DNA of 64,000 nucleotides from an uncultured virus (IMG/VR IMGVR_UViG_3300042350_002513) (lineage: Duplodnaviria; Heunggongvirae; Uroviricota; Caudoviricetes). Shown here piece by piece: positions 39,930 to 49,685 of this stretch (position 1 is the stretch's first letter; each line of letters opens with the position of its first letter). Location: the IMG/VR virus record IMGVR_UViG_3300042350_002513, one strand, 5' to 3'. The notes beneath the pieces were generated by a model. The model saw only the letters and a program-made list of their open reading frames with translations, searched no databases and was not told the origin of the DNA. Both the position numbers and the translations under genes were made by a program.

Positions 39930-41399
39930 TTATTTTGTAATAACGAAGCCTTCGTCATTAAAAGCTGATTGATATTTTTGCTTAATTGTCTTTGATGGAG
40001 CAACAACGCCAGCAGTGATCTTGTCAGTTTGCTGAGTTCCGTTGCTAATAGCGTCATCAACGACAGTAGCATTTTCGGTAGAAGCAACAGATTGCTTGTC
40101 CTCTGTAGCCATTGTCTCTTTTTTCTCTTCTTTTGGCATCTTAGAGGCTTTATAAACTTTGTTCTTCTCCTTCATTAGAACGCCCATTTTCTTTTTGTAG
40201 GCGGCGAAAGAATCATCGTCTAAATCTCTGATATCGTTAGCAATTACTTCCCTATCTTCTGAATCAAGATCAAACTCTTCATCAAGTCCAGCCATTCTGG
40301 AAGAGAATAGTTCTTGCTTCTCCTTAGAAGCTTTTTCTTGTTGTAGGGTTTCTAAAGATTGCTTGAGGGTCTCAAGTTCTTTCTTTAGGTTTTCAGAATC
40401 AGTAGAGAGACTAGCGTACTTCTCTTCAGCATTCTTGATTGCGTCTTCTTTTGCTTTCTTCTCAGCAGCAAATTTCTCAGAGGCTTCTTTGAGTTGCTCT
40501 CCAATGAAATCTCTGATGGAAGAAGCGGTTGCTTCTTTAAGCAACTCATCAGTAATTTGCGATACTTCAGATATTTTCATATTCTTTCTTTCGATAATTA
40601 CATTAGATTCTAGGGTTTGTGAAATTTCTTCTGCTTTTTGCTGTATCATTTCTTCTGATTCTAGTTTTTTAATACTAACACCGGCGACATCAGCGGCAGG
40701 ATTCGCAGTTAAGCCAACTCCTAAAGGAAGCACTCTTCCTTTAATTTTACGGTAAACAGATTGATTTTCGCTTATTCTTCCGCTGCCGCCATATCCGGTT
40801 AATTTACCTTTAATTTTTTCAATCTCTTCTTTGTCAGAAATGATGGAAGCGTTCTCTATATTTTTCTCGCCGCCTTCTAAAACAGCTATCTCAAAATCAT
40901 TAAATCCTAGCTCCCAAGAGGCACTAACTTTCATGTAGTTATTGGAAGTAGGATCATTTGACTCTTCTATTACATTTGCTAGATCTTTATTTACGATTTT
41001 CCAAACAACGCCGCCAAGAGTAATGTTGTATGGCTCTTTTTTATCTTTTACTTGCTCTTCTGTAAGAGGTAAATCCGTTCCAAACTCAGAAAATCCTGCT
41101 GATAAAATAACACCAACTACATTTGAGCGATTATGTTCAATGTTAATTGGTTTATTTATAAAATTTTTGTATACTTCAGTGGCAATAGAAGAATCAATTA
41201 CATCTCCATTTTTATTAACACGATTTACAACACAAGCATTAAATGCAATAGGCAAAAGATCCATATTAGAATCAGCATTGACTTCAGGAATGAAATTCCC
41301 TACGTCAACTAGACTGGCTAATGATAGATATTTATCTTTTTCCTCAGATACTAAAGGTCTTATTGAGGAACTAAACGTTGTTGAAAAATCAAAATTCAT
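39930..41399 (-). CDS. Prohead protease fused to coiled-coil scaffold
   Basis: N.NGD...KPINIEH...G.I...VSASWEL protease-like N-terminal domain followed by an acidic/basic coiled coil. Confidence 0.75.
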   Translation of the reverse strand: MNFDFSTTFSSSIRPLVSEEKDKYLSLASLVDVGNFIPEVNADSNMDLLPIAFNACVVNRVNKNGDVIDSSIATEVYKNFINKPINIEHNRSNVVGVILSAGFSEFGTDLPLTEEQVKDKKEPYNITLGGVVWKIVNKDLANVIEESNDPTSNNYMKVSASWELGFNDFEIAVLEGGEKNIENASIISDKEEIEKIKGKLTGYGGSGRISENQSVYRKIKGRVLPLGVGLTANPAADVAGVSIKKLESEEMIQQKAEEISQTLESNVIIERKNMKISEVSQITDELLKEATASSIRDFIGEQLKEASEKFAAEKKAKEDAIKNAEEKYASLSTDSENLKKELETLKQSLETLQQEKASKEKQELFSSRMAGLDEEFDLDSEDREVIANDIRDLDDDSFAAYKKKMGVLMKEKNKVYKASKMPKEEKKETMATEDKQSVASTENATVVDDAISNGTQQTDKITAGVVAPSKTIKQKYQSAFNDEGFVITK

Positions 41400-41401
41400 A
41401 T

Positions 41402-41698
41402 TTATTCTAGAAAATAATTAATACTGCCGATTGCACTAGCTGTAGAAATTGCTACTCCTGAAAGATCAGGAACTCTAACAGGTACAGAAAAATTACAATT
41501 ACCTTGAGCTACATAAGCTAAAACATTTCCAGAAGTAACAGAAGAAGCATTAGTTAAAGTTATAGCAGAATTAGTAGCAATAACATCAGTAATATAAATT
41601 CTACCAACAGTTGGCGGTTGGATTACAACGCCGGTAGTTGTAAAATTAACAGTACTGATTGGTACTGAAGGAACTCCATATCTTATAAATTCTTTCAT
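41402..41698 (-). CDS. Small beta-rich hypothetical virion protein
   Basis: 98-aa ORF overlapping the upstream gene. Confidence 0.65.
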   Translation of the reverse strand: MKEFIRYGVPSVPISTVNFTTTGVVIQPPTVGRIYITDVIATNSAITLTNASSVTSGNVLAYVAQGNCNFSVPVRVPDLSGVAISTASAIGSINYFLE

Positions 41699-42060
41699 TT
41701 TAAAGTTAGTAAATATTTAGTTTTATTAACGCTTCCTAAAATTTCATCTCTGATATTTAGAAGATCAGTATCCTTAGCAGGGTCTAGCTGAGAAGGTAGA
41801 TCAGAGCTAAGGAAAGAAATAAAATTATTCATTGCCTCCAATGGGCTAACGGATTTGTAATTTTGAAGAGTTAGCACAAATGAATCTTTTGCAATGATGC
41901 GCCCATATTTACCCATGAAAACTTCAACAAATTCATCAACATGTCCAGAAAGGCTATCGTATAATTCTCCAAAACTCTGATGCTCTGAATAACCATAAGT
42001 TTGCCAATGGAAAATTTTGACTTGATTTTGAAACTCTAACATTGCAGACAGCATATTCAT
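41695..42060 (-). CDS. Ferritin/Dps-like four-helix protein (DUF5856-like)
   Basis: FHWQT..YSEH..F.ELYD.L...VDEFVE...G and DLLNIRDEIL....K.KYLL motifs. Confidence 0.75.
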   Translation of the reverse strand: MNMLSAMLEFQNQVKIFHWQTYGYSEHQSFGELYDSLSGHVDEFVEVFMGKYGRIIAKDSFVLTLQNYKSVSPLEAMNNFISFLSSDLPSQLDPAKDTDLLNIRDEILGSVNKTKYLLTLK

Positions 42061-42083
42061 ATTCTTTAGTATTTATACACTCT

Positions 42084-43100
42084 TTAACCTATTTGAACTA
42101 ACTGGTCTTGCGTTTTAGTAAGAAGATCTCCCTTTTTGTATGTTGGACCTTCATTTGTAACTTCATAAGAAATCACTTTACCCATGCGATTGGGTAAATC
42201 TTTAATTTCTTTTATAACTCCTTCGCTTCCATAATGATCACAGTCTTTGTTTACGTTCTTAACCATATTTCCAACCATGAACATTGGTCCCATAGGATAA
42301 GAAGCATCGCTTTCTTGAGCAAACATTACATAATTATGTATCATTACCATGTAATCTTCTGTGATAGCGATCTTGCCTTGTAAGAACGACTCAGTTAAAT
42401 TTTCTTTAACCTTTTCATTATTTAAAGCATTAAGAATATTTTCCGCATGAGTTTTAATAGAATTTAAAGAGCCAACTGACATTTCTAAATATTCATTCTT
42501 GTACTCTTCCATTTCGATCTCTTCGGATTCCATCTCATCTTCAGGCTCCATCATTTCTTCGGCCTTTGATAAATCAGGCCAAATTTTTAAGAGTTCACTT
42601 TGATCCCAAAGAGTAAAACCATCCCACTCTTCTTCATTAGCTTGAGCTTTCTTTAAAGCATCTTGCTTTGGATAGTCTTTTTCTCCGGGCTTTGCTGGCT
42701 TATAATTCTTACCAAGACGTTGTTTCTTCTTTTGGATATTGTACCAAAGACCTTTTCCAGCTTCTGTTTCTAAACTAAAAACTCCTTCTGAAGCTTTAAC
42801 TGGAGAACCCGCCCTCCATTGATAGCATGACCAATATTTAGCCTTCCATTTTGGTCCGGGGTTTTTGTCGCAGCCATGTCTTGCTCTAAAACTTTTTCTT
42901 CTAGCAGGATCATCTCTCTTGATCTCCATGTTAGGATCACCAAAGTTAACCTTTACGACATTTCCTTTGTCATTTTTGACATAAACAGAAAACTTTTTAG
43001 GCCCATCAGGAGTCCTGAATGGCTTATTTAATGTTTTCTTTTCTTTATCTGCGGCGACGATCTTAGAAGAAATATCAATTTCTAATTCTTTGGTTTTCAT
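42084..43100 (-). CDS. Head-cluster protein made of fused small domains
   Basis: LNKPFRTP.GPKKF.VYVK...VNFGDP...SFRARH.C...YWSC domain, a GLW.NI..K module, and acidic and SH3-like segments. Confidence 0.7.
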   Translation of the reverse strand: MKTKELEIDISSKIVAADKEKKTLNKPFRTPDGPKKFSVYVKNDKGNVVKVNFGDPNMEIKRDDPARRKSFRARHGCDKNPGPKWKAKYWSCYQWRAGSPVKASEGVFSLETEAGKGLWYNIQKKKQRLGKNYKPAKPGEKDYPKQDALKKAQANEEEWDGFTLWDQSELLKIWPDLSKAEEMMEPEDEMESEEIEMEEYKNEYLEMSVGSLNSIKTHAENILNALNNEKVKENLTESFLQGKIAITEDYMVMIHNYVMFAQESDASYPMGPMFMVGNMVKNVNKDCDHYGSEGVIKEIKDLPNRMGKVISYEVTNEGPTYKKGDLLTKTQDQLVQIG

Positions 43101-43101
43101 A

Positions 43102-43671
43102 TTAAATATATTCTAGCCAGTTTGCTTTTTCTTGTTCTGTATCTAAATATAAGTCATTCTCATCTTCAAAATCATAATCAAGATTATAATCTTGGATATC
43201 GGTATCGGCTTGAGAAAAGTCGCTATCATTTGGTTCCCAAGAATCAGAGATATCAAACTCTGAAGCTCTAGCAACATCACTATCAGCTTTACGATAAGAA
43301 TCTTTAACAGGTTTACCAGCCATCATTCTTAAAAACATATTTACCCTTGCTGCGGCCCATCTCCCTCTAGTCATTCCGGGTCTATGAGAAGAACTAAATG
43401 CACCAGCACCTCTGCGGTATACTTTCTTTAACTGAGTTAAATTAACTTTCCTAGAGTGCTTTGCATTATGATTCTTTACTTTGTTTTTAAGCATCTCTAT
43501 AACTTTAGCAGAAAACTGTATTGCTTTGTCGCTTTTTGTACCTGCGCTACCGGCAGGATTTTTCGCAGATCCTTTGCGTCTTTCAGAGGGTTTCGAAGGG
43601 GTCTGAGCAGAGCTTTTAGGCCCAGACCTCTTTGATTCTAAGATTTCAATTTCTAAACCCTGTAGATTCAT
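43102..43671 (-). CDS. Conserved phage head-cluster protein
   Basis: LKKVYRRGAGAF.SSHRPG.....WA.ARVN.F motif. Confidence 0.7.
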   Translation of the reverse strand: MNLQGLEIEILESKRSGPKSSAQTPSKPSERRKGSAKNPAGSAGTKSDKAIQFSAKVIEMLKNKVKNHNAKHSRKVNLTQLKKVYRRGAGAFSSSHRPGMTRGRWAAARVNMFLRMMAGKPVKDSYRKADSDVARASEFDISDSWEPNDSDFSQADTDIQDYNLDYDFEDENDLYLDTEQEKANWLEYI

Positions 43672-43718
43672 ATTTTGTAGCTTATTATTTATACACTAAA
43701 ATTTACCGATTAAGGAAA

Positions 43719-44993
43719 TTATAATGGACCGTTAGTATTAAAATTCGTGTAACTTAATCCTTTTAATAGTCCGCTCATAAACAAACCATTAGAATGAGGA
43801 TAAGAATTTAGATCCATGTCACAATAAAAACTAAAATCTAAAACAGCATTTGCACCGATTGAAGAGTCGTAAGACAAGTCTTTGAATTTTGCGCCTCTGA
43901 TATCGTATCTAATAATCGTATCAGAACTCTTATTCATCTTGATAACAATATCGTATTTAGAATTAGACTTTATATCTGATAATAAATCTCCTGAATAGTT
44001 TAAATTCCTATAAATAGTAGAAAAAGACCCTTCAACAGTAATTGGAGTGTTTATTTGTCTATCTACGGGATAAATATAGCCTAATGTTTTTAAAGGCTCT
44101 CTCTCTAGAGGAACGCTAAAGTTGAAGCTTTGTATTGCAGCATCTTGAACTATTCTATTAGACTTAGTTTTAGAAGTAGAATTTACATCATAAATATCAA
44201 TAACAATCTCACCGGGAAGCAAAACAGAAATAGCATTTCCAGTTTCTTCCACTAATGAATTGTAGTTTGGAATGTTGAAACGAACCCCAGTATTTAGTGA
44301 GCCACTTTTTGGATCTAGGTAAGGAGATGTTGCGTTTATTCCAGAAGAATAGTATATTACATTATGAGCCGCATAATTAACAGTAGCTTTAGGAAAATCA
44401 TTTACTTGAGCCTGAACTCCATAAGAAGTTATGTAGCAATTGCCAAAAGCTAAGACTGGAAAGCCAGAAATATTATTTCCTATTGCGTCTGTATTATTTG
44501 GAGTGATAGTTAAGAATAAATTACGCTGATCTCTGTATTTGAATGGATATTTAAAGGTGTTATTGGTGGCTTGAGTTAGGTCTGTATTAAAAGCATAACT
44601 TTGATCTCCAAAAGAAAATCCAGAAAGGATATTGCCACTAGGATAAACTTGACCGCCATCAAATTGGTCTAAGTTTGGAGGCCCGAGGTTAACATAGAAG
44701 CCCATACGAGCTTCATTTCTCAAATCTTTTATGTTATAATTAAAACTAATACTAACATCAGGAGGGGTTAATGTATAATCATAAATTGCAGAAGCATTTC
44801 CAATCTCTGAGAATCTTAATGGCTGAGTATTGATTTGATAACTGAATTGATTTATTCTTTTAAGAGGTTGAATTAGATTGTAAACCCCAGTATTAAACAA
44901 GTTACCATTTGGATCAGAAAAAAAGTAACCACTCGCTGGAGCAGGTCCAACGAATAGCAATTCGTTATTATATATTACTCTATTTGTAGCCAT
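43719..44993 (-). CDS. Tail tube-like protein (paralogue 3), next to portal
   Basis: MATNRVIYNNELLFVGP, FGN..ITSY.V.A.V.DFP and SSIGAN shared with 9320-12226. Confidence 0.6.
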   Translation of the reverse strand: MATNRVIYNNELLFVGPAPASGYFFSDPNGNLFNTGVYNLIQPLKRINQFSYQINTQPLRFSEIGNASAIYDYTLTPPDVSISFNYNIKDLRNEARMGFYVNLGPPNLDQFDGGQVYPSGNILSGFSFGDQSYAFNTDLTQATNNTFKYPFKYRDQRNLFLTITPNNTDAIGNNISGFPVLAFGNCYITSYGVQAQVNDFPKATVNYAAHNVIYYSSGINATSPYLDPKSGSLNTGVRFNIPNYNSLVEETGNAISVLLPGEIVIDIYDVNSTSKTKSNRIVQDAAIQSFNFSVPLEREPLKTLGYIYPVDRQINTPITVEGSFSTIYRNLNYSGDLLSDIKSNSKYDIVIKMNKSSDTIIRYDIRGAKFKDLSYDSSIGANAVLDFSFYCDMDLNSYPHSNGLFMSGLLKGLSYTNFNTNGPL

Positions 44994-46879
44994 TATATTT
45001 TGCTATGGTACAGCAAACTAGCCATGTAAGAATCGACTTGATGCTCGCAAGCTATTTCGTGAATTTCTTCAATTCTTTGAGGATTTTTATCTACAGGAGT
45101 TTCAATATATTCATTTATTTTAGAAGTCCAATTAGATTTGTCTTCATTAGCGACAATAATCTTAGTAATATCAAGGGCAACTTCTTTTTGTTTATCGTTT
45201 AGCTTTTTAAGCTTATGTTTCTTCTTTAAAGAAGCTTCTACTTCATCTCCTAATTTGCTTGTAGCTTCTACAATGTTTTTTAATTTCATAACACTGTAAT
45301 TAGCTTTAGAAGAAGTGCCGATTGGCTTAACATTTTTGGTAGCTTGTTTAATCCCTGTGGTTCCTCCGGGTCTACCCGCTTCTACTTTAGGACCACCAAT
45401 TAAGGGCTGATAAAATCCTTTGTCTTTCAAGTCAACAAACGATGTTTGAGACTGAACAGACTCATCTGGAGTTGGAAGGACTCCCGTTTCAATAGCCTTA
45501 AGACCCTCTTCTGGAGTGAGAACTCCAAGTTCAATAAGGCGAGTATAAATTCTGTTAAGATTTTGATCTGTCTTGAGATCCATATCCTCAAAGAAAGGAG
45601 TAGGAAATACTTTAAATCCAATTTCTTTAGAAATTCTTTTTACTTCAGGAAGCAGAAAGTCAGTTACGAAAGCTTGTCTAGCTTGTAATAATTTTTGACT
45701 CAATAAAGAAATCTTTGCGCTAGTGTTAGCAAATTTTTCGTTTGTTATTAAGATATTATTTAATCCAATATTAATGTCCTTATCAATTACTTCATACTTT
45801 TTAGGATCAAGAATGTCAGCAATTTGAGGGATAACAAACTCTGCTTTTGTTGTATAGTCTGCAATCAAAACTCTGCCAATTGATTGATTAGCAAAGAGAT
45901 TTTGCATTGTTTTTAAGTTCTCTTGGTTAACGCCGCCCTTGTCAGGTTCAGCACCCATTGTTACGAGCAAGATAACTTGCTGGATTGTTCTTGTAAGAGC
46001 CATATCCATACGGCGCATTTCGATTTTTGCGCTAATATCTTCAAGAACTGGGAAACCCATAGGCACAGCAAAAGGTTCATAGTCTTGCTTTTTGTAGAAT
46101 ACAGCATAGAATTTCTTGGTATCCAAATGTAAGAGAACTGCTGTAGCTTTTCCTTTTAAAACTTGCTCTTTTACTAATGGATCAAGAGAGTCTAATATTT
46201 CTTTGTCTTCTTCTGTTCTTGGATGTCTGATTTGCTCAAGTTCATAATCAGTCAATACTTTATAGTACTGCCCTCTATTGAAAGAAAGGTTACCATTTAC
46301 TTGAACATCTGCTGGATTAATAATTATGTATCTAGCAGGAAGAGAAACTTTTGCCGCCAAAGCTTCAGATCCGAAAACTTGGCTAATTTTAGACACATCT
46401 TCTTCTCTTATGGTAGTATCGTATCTATAAATGAAAACATTTCCAGAACGATAATACTCTCTAAAGAATTTATCTTGAAGAGCAGTAATATTTATCTTAT
46501 TAAATAAGGCTTGAAAGAAATCTCTTGCACTTTTATTGCCACCTTTAAGATGAATGTTACCACAAGACAATTCTGACATTAGGTCAATGGTATTTCTAAA
46601 AAGACCAAAATTATAATAAGCTTTTTGGCATAGAATTACTGTGTCTCTTACATCAATATTAGACTTATTATAATTATATCCAGTGGCATAATTAAATGGC
46701 ACCATTCCATCATCGATATTGCGAAAACGATCTGTTCTCTCAATCGTTGATGCGGCATTTCTACGGCTTCTCGTTTCAGTGACTTTGCTTGCTACGCCGC
46801 CATGAGCAGGAGTAGAGCCTTCTACCATCATTGGAGCGAAAGAAGATTCCTCAAATTTTTCTTTTTTAACCTTTGCCAT
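44993..46879 (-). CDS. Portal protein
   Basis: 628 aa directly downstream of TerL; YYRSGNVF and INP.DV portal-like motifs. Confidence 0.75.
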   Translation of the reverse strand: MAKVKKEKFEESSFAPMMVEGSTPAHGGVASKVTETRSRRNAASTIERTDRFRNIDDGMVPFNYATGYNYNKSNIDVRDTVILCQKAYYNFGLFRNTIDLMSELSCGNIHLKGGNKSARDFFQALFNKINITALQDKFFREYYRSGNVFIYRYDTTIREEDVSKISQVFGSEALAAKVSLPARYIIINPADVQVNGNLSFNRGQYYKVLTDYELEQIRHPRTEEDKEILDSLDPLVKEQVLKGKATAVLLHLDTKKFYAVFYKKQDYEPFAVPMGFPVLEDISAKIEMRRMDMALTRTIQQVILLVTMGAEPDKGGVNQENLKTMQNLFANQSIGRVLIADYTTKAEFVIPQIADILDPKKYEVIDKDINIGLNNILITNEKFANTSAKISLLSQKLLQARQAFVTDFLLPEVKRISKEIGFKVFPTPFFEDMDLKTDQNLNRIYTRLIELGVLTPEEGLKAIETGVLPTPDESVQSQTSFVDLKDKGFYQPLIGGPKVEAGRPGGTTGIKQATKNVKPIGTSSKANYSVMKLKNIVEATSKLGDEVEASLKKKHKLKKLNDKQKEVALDITKIIVANEDKSNWTSKINEYIETPVDKNPQRIEEIHEIACEHQVDSYMASLLYHSKI

Positions 46880-46903
46880 AAGCCTAATAATTAATTACAC
46901 ATT

Positions 46904-48745
46904 TTAAATTAAAATTGGTGTAAATCCCGCAGCTACTATTTTATTTTCAGTAGTCATGATATCATTATAGCATTTGGAACCCCATTTCGCTAACATTAAA
47001 GCCGTGTAATTATCTTTTCTTGCTCTGTTAGGGGAATTGGAGCGTTTTAAGTGTTGAGGTAAATCAAAATTAACAGATCCACGGCTGCTAGTAGTAAATT
47101 CTACAAGCGAGCATTGCTTTTTGGTATTGTAAACCAATAAATCTTGATGCTCTATAAGGTCTAGCTTATTCCAATCTTTAATGTCTTCTATGAATATAAG
47201 ATCTTCAGGTATTCTCTTGTTTATTTCTTCATTAAAGAAAGATTCATTGGCTACAGTTTTAGATGCGAACCAAATTTTCTTATAGTCAATGGCTGCTTGC
47301 AGATTTTCGTTACCTCTTCGAATAAATGTAGTTGTGAATACCTGAGTTACTGCTATTTGCCTATTCTCAAGATTATATTGACTCTTAGCCTTCTGAACCA
47401 TCTTCGTATATTCAATACCCTCAAGATCAGAATCGAAGTCAATAAACTTTATCTTCTCAGATTCCGAGTTTACATACTGAGATTCATTATAAGTGTTGAA
47501 GAAAATATCAGCACCAGCATTATCGCAAATGATATAAACAATATTAAAGCTAGTCATTAAGTAATGAAAATATTTAATATGACTATTTAAGCTTCCAAGA
47601 CCTGCGTATGCATGAACAAGAACATCATTCTTATTTTCTCGGTCTATTTCTAAAATTGCCATTGCAAAATAGTCAGCATTTGGACTGTCGCTCATGTTAG
47701 GGTCCATTGCTAAGATATATTGCTTGCCAGAATCTCCTCTGATTTGAGAATGTGGCCTTTCTTCAAACTTAAGAGTGCATTCTTCCATCTTCTTCATGCT
47801 GAAGTAAGAATCGCTACCGTCAGTAAACTGAGCGCAGTATTCTCTCAAGAAAGAAGCATGAGAAGAGCCACCGTTTTGAGCTTCTTCTGTAATAGAAGAG
47901 TCAATCATCTCTGGCGGCAAAGCTTCATAACTTAATTGTGATACAAAGTAAGTTGCACTTGTTGGTTCTTTGGAATAAATGTTGTCGCACCATTCTTTAT
48001 AAGTTTTATAAAGGTTTTCAAAAGTATAAGAAGCAGAGGAAAGAGCAATCATCTTGGAAGTATTCTTAAATTCCATGCGATCAGCTTCTGTCATTGCGCC
48101 TTGGCGAATTAATTCATCTTCTTGTTCACGAATACTAATACGTTCTTTAATGTCTTGAGGAACAATCAAGAATGGCATCAATACGTTTTTAATAATATCT
48201 TCTGGCAATAATAAAAACTCGTCTAGTACAAGAACATTAGCACGGAAACCACGAATCTTTTCACCGCTTAGAGGAATAGCTTTGATAGAGCCTTCGTTTA
48301 TTGACCAATCATATTCGTCATTGCGTTTTGATTTTGCGCCGAACGCTTGCATCAATAAATCTGCGCCTTTAGACTCAGTAATCTTTTCTATTGAATTAAA
48401 AATACTTCTTGCTGTTCTGAATGTAGGACCAGCAATTAGGATTTTGCTCTTAGGCTCAAAGATGCATTGCAAAAAACAGAATACCGCAGCAGAGAAAGAC
48501 TTGGAAGCACCACGACCCCATACGTTCATGCAGAAATTGCGATTCAACATTCCTTTGATTACGATCTCTTGATAAGGCCATAATTTTATACCAGAAATTA
48601 GCTCTGTAGTTATGCCTATATTTGAACGCAAAAATTTAGCCAAAGTTATTTTGGCTTCTTTATCTTCAAGAGTATCTTTTAGTTTAGAATATTCGTCATT
48701 TAAGTTAGGAATTATTCTATTGTACTTTTCTGGGGTATACCACAT
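46904..48745 (-). CDS. terL: Terminase large subunit
   Basis: LWPYQ, Walker A GRGASKS, IRGFRANVLVLDE Walker B, FLREYCAQF, RNase H-like AMDP...D and KDNY.A. Confidence 0.9.
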   Translation of the reverse strand: MWYTPEKYNRIIPNLNDEYSKLKDTLEDKEAKITLAKFLRSNIGITTELISGIKLWPYQEIVIKGMLNRNFCMNVWGRGASKSFSAAVFCFLQCIFEPKSKILIAGPTFRTARSIFNSIEKITESKGADLLMQAFGAKSKRNDEYDWSINEGSIKAIPLSGEKIRGFRANVLVLDEFLLLPEDIIKNVLMPFLIVPQDIKERISIREQEDELIRQGAMTEADRMEFKNTSKMIALSSASYTFENLYKTYKEWCDNIYSKEPTSATYFVSQLSYEALPPEMIDSSITEEAQNGGSSHASFLREYCAQFTDGSDSYFSMKKMEECTLKFEERPHSQIRGDSGKQYILAMDPNMSDSPNADYFAMAILEIDRENKNDVLVHAYAGLGSLNSHIKYFHYLMTSFNIVYIICDNAGADIFFNTYNESQYVNSESEKIKFIDFDSDLEGIEYTKMVQKAKSQYNLENRQIAVTQVFTTTFIRRGNENLQAAIDYKKIWFASKTVANESFFNEEINKRIPEDLIFIEDIKDWNKLDLIEHQDLLVYNTKKQCSLVEFTTSSRGSVNFDLPQHLKRSNSPNRARKDNYTALMLAKWGSKCYNDIMTTENKIVAAGFTPILI

Positions 48746-48746
48746 A

Positions 48747-49685
48747 TTATAACATCTTTAGATCGTAGCAAAGTTGTAGATCGTATTTAAAAAAGTTCTC
48801 ATCAGTTGAGAACATCTTCTCAATAATCCTAACAGATTCCTTACGCCCCTTTGCAAACAAGAATTGAACGTGTGGATATTTTTGTATTAGCTCTCTAACG
48901 TTATGAAAAATAAATTCTGGATTTACCTTCGTTGCTTTCTTATACACATGAGGTAAATAGTTAAATGAGAGTGTATTGCTCAAGCTTTCTTCAACAATAA
49001 TAACCATGTTAGCTTTTGCTTCGCTGGCTTTTTCAATCTCTCGACAGAATCTTTCGTACCCAGCACTCAAAGTTCCTATAAAATCAGAGATAGACTTTCT
49101 CTCAAAGTAAAGTTTGCCATCATAACTTGGATGACTAAATCCATAATCACCAAATTTAAGAGTGCGAACTTCAGAAGCCATGTTAAATATAAATGGTTTC
49201 TGTTCGCGGGTATCAATATAAATTATTGAGTCCTTAGTTTGTAGCTTGGGAAGGTTTTCCAAGCTCTTTGGATATACATATTTATTTTTAAATCCAATTT
49301 CTTCAGCAAGCTTATAGTAGTCGCCAAAAATTTCTTGCAAATAAATAACACTTGGACTTAGAACGCTCCTTAACTCAACTTGAGAAGGAGTATATTCTAG
49401 ATTTTTCTTTTCTTTGCGTTTAACTAAAAAGTTTCTACAGTACTCTTGCTGTTTCTCTAAGGACTGAGCTTTGAGCCAGTTTTTAAGATTGTTTTTATTG
49501 TTAAAATCAGTAGAGAAATACTGTTCTTTATTTTTGTAATTGATAATAGAATTATCGAAGAGATCATAGCGAGGCAATTGCTGTTGATAATATTCAATTA
49601 CTCTTATTTTATGAGCTTTAAGATGTCGATTAAAGTCTACATCAGTTTCATAAACTTTTTGACATATTTTACAGGTCTCAGCCAT
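48747..49685 (-). CDS. C2H2 zinc finger plus ERCC4 (XPF/Mus81) nuclease
   Basis: CKIC...H...H at the N-terminus; IDTREQKP, L..GDY and ERKS..DF ERCC4 motifs. Confidence 0.8.
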   Translation of the reverse strand: MAETCKICQKVYETDVDFNRHLKAHKIRVIEYYQQQLPRYDLFDNSIINYKNKEQYFSTDFNNKNNLKNWLKAQSLEKQQEYCRNFLVKRKEKKNLEYTPSQVELRSVLSPSVIYLQEIFGDYYKLAEEIGFKNKYVYPKSLENLPKLQTKDSIIYIDTREQKPFIFNMASEVRTLKFGDYGFSHPSYDGKLYFERKSISDFIGTLSAGYERFCREIEKASEAKANMVIIVEESLSNTLSFNYLPHVYKKATKVNPEFIFHNVRELIQKYPHVQFLFAKGRKESVRIIEKMFSTDENFFKYDLQLCYDLKML

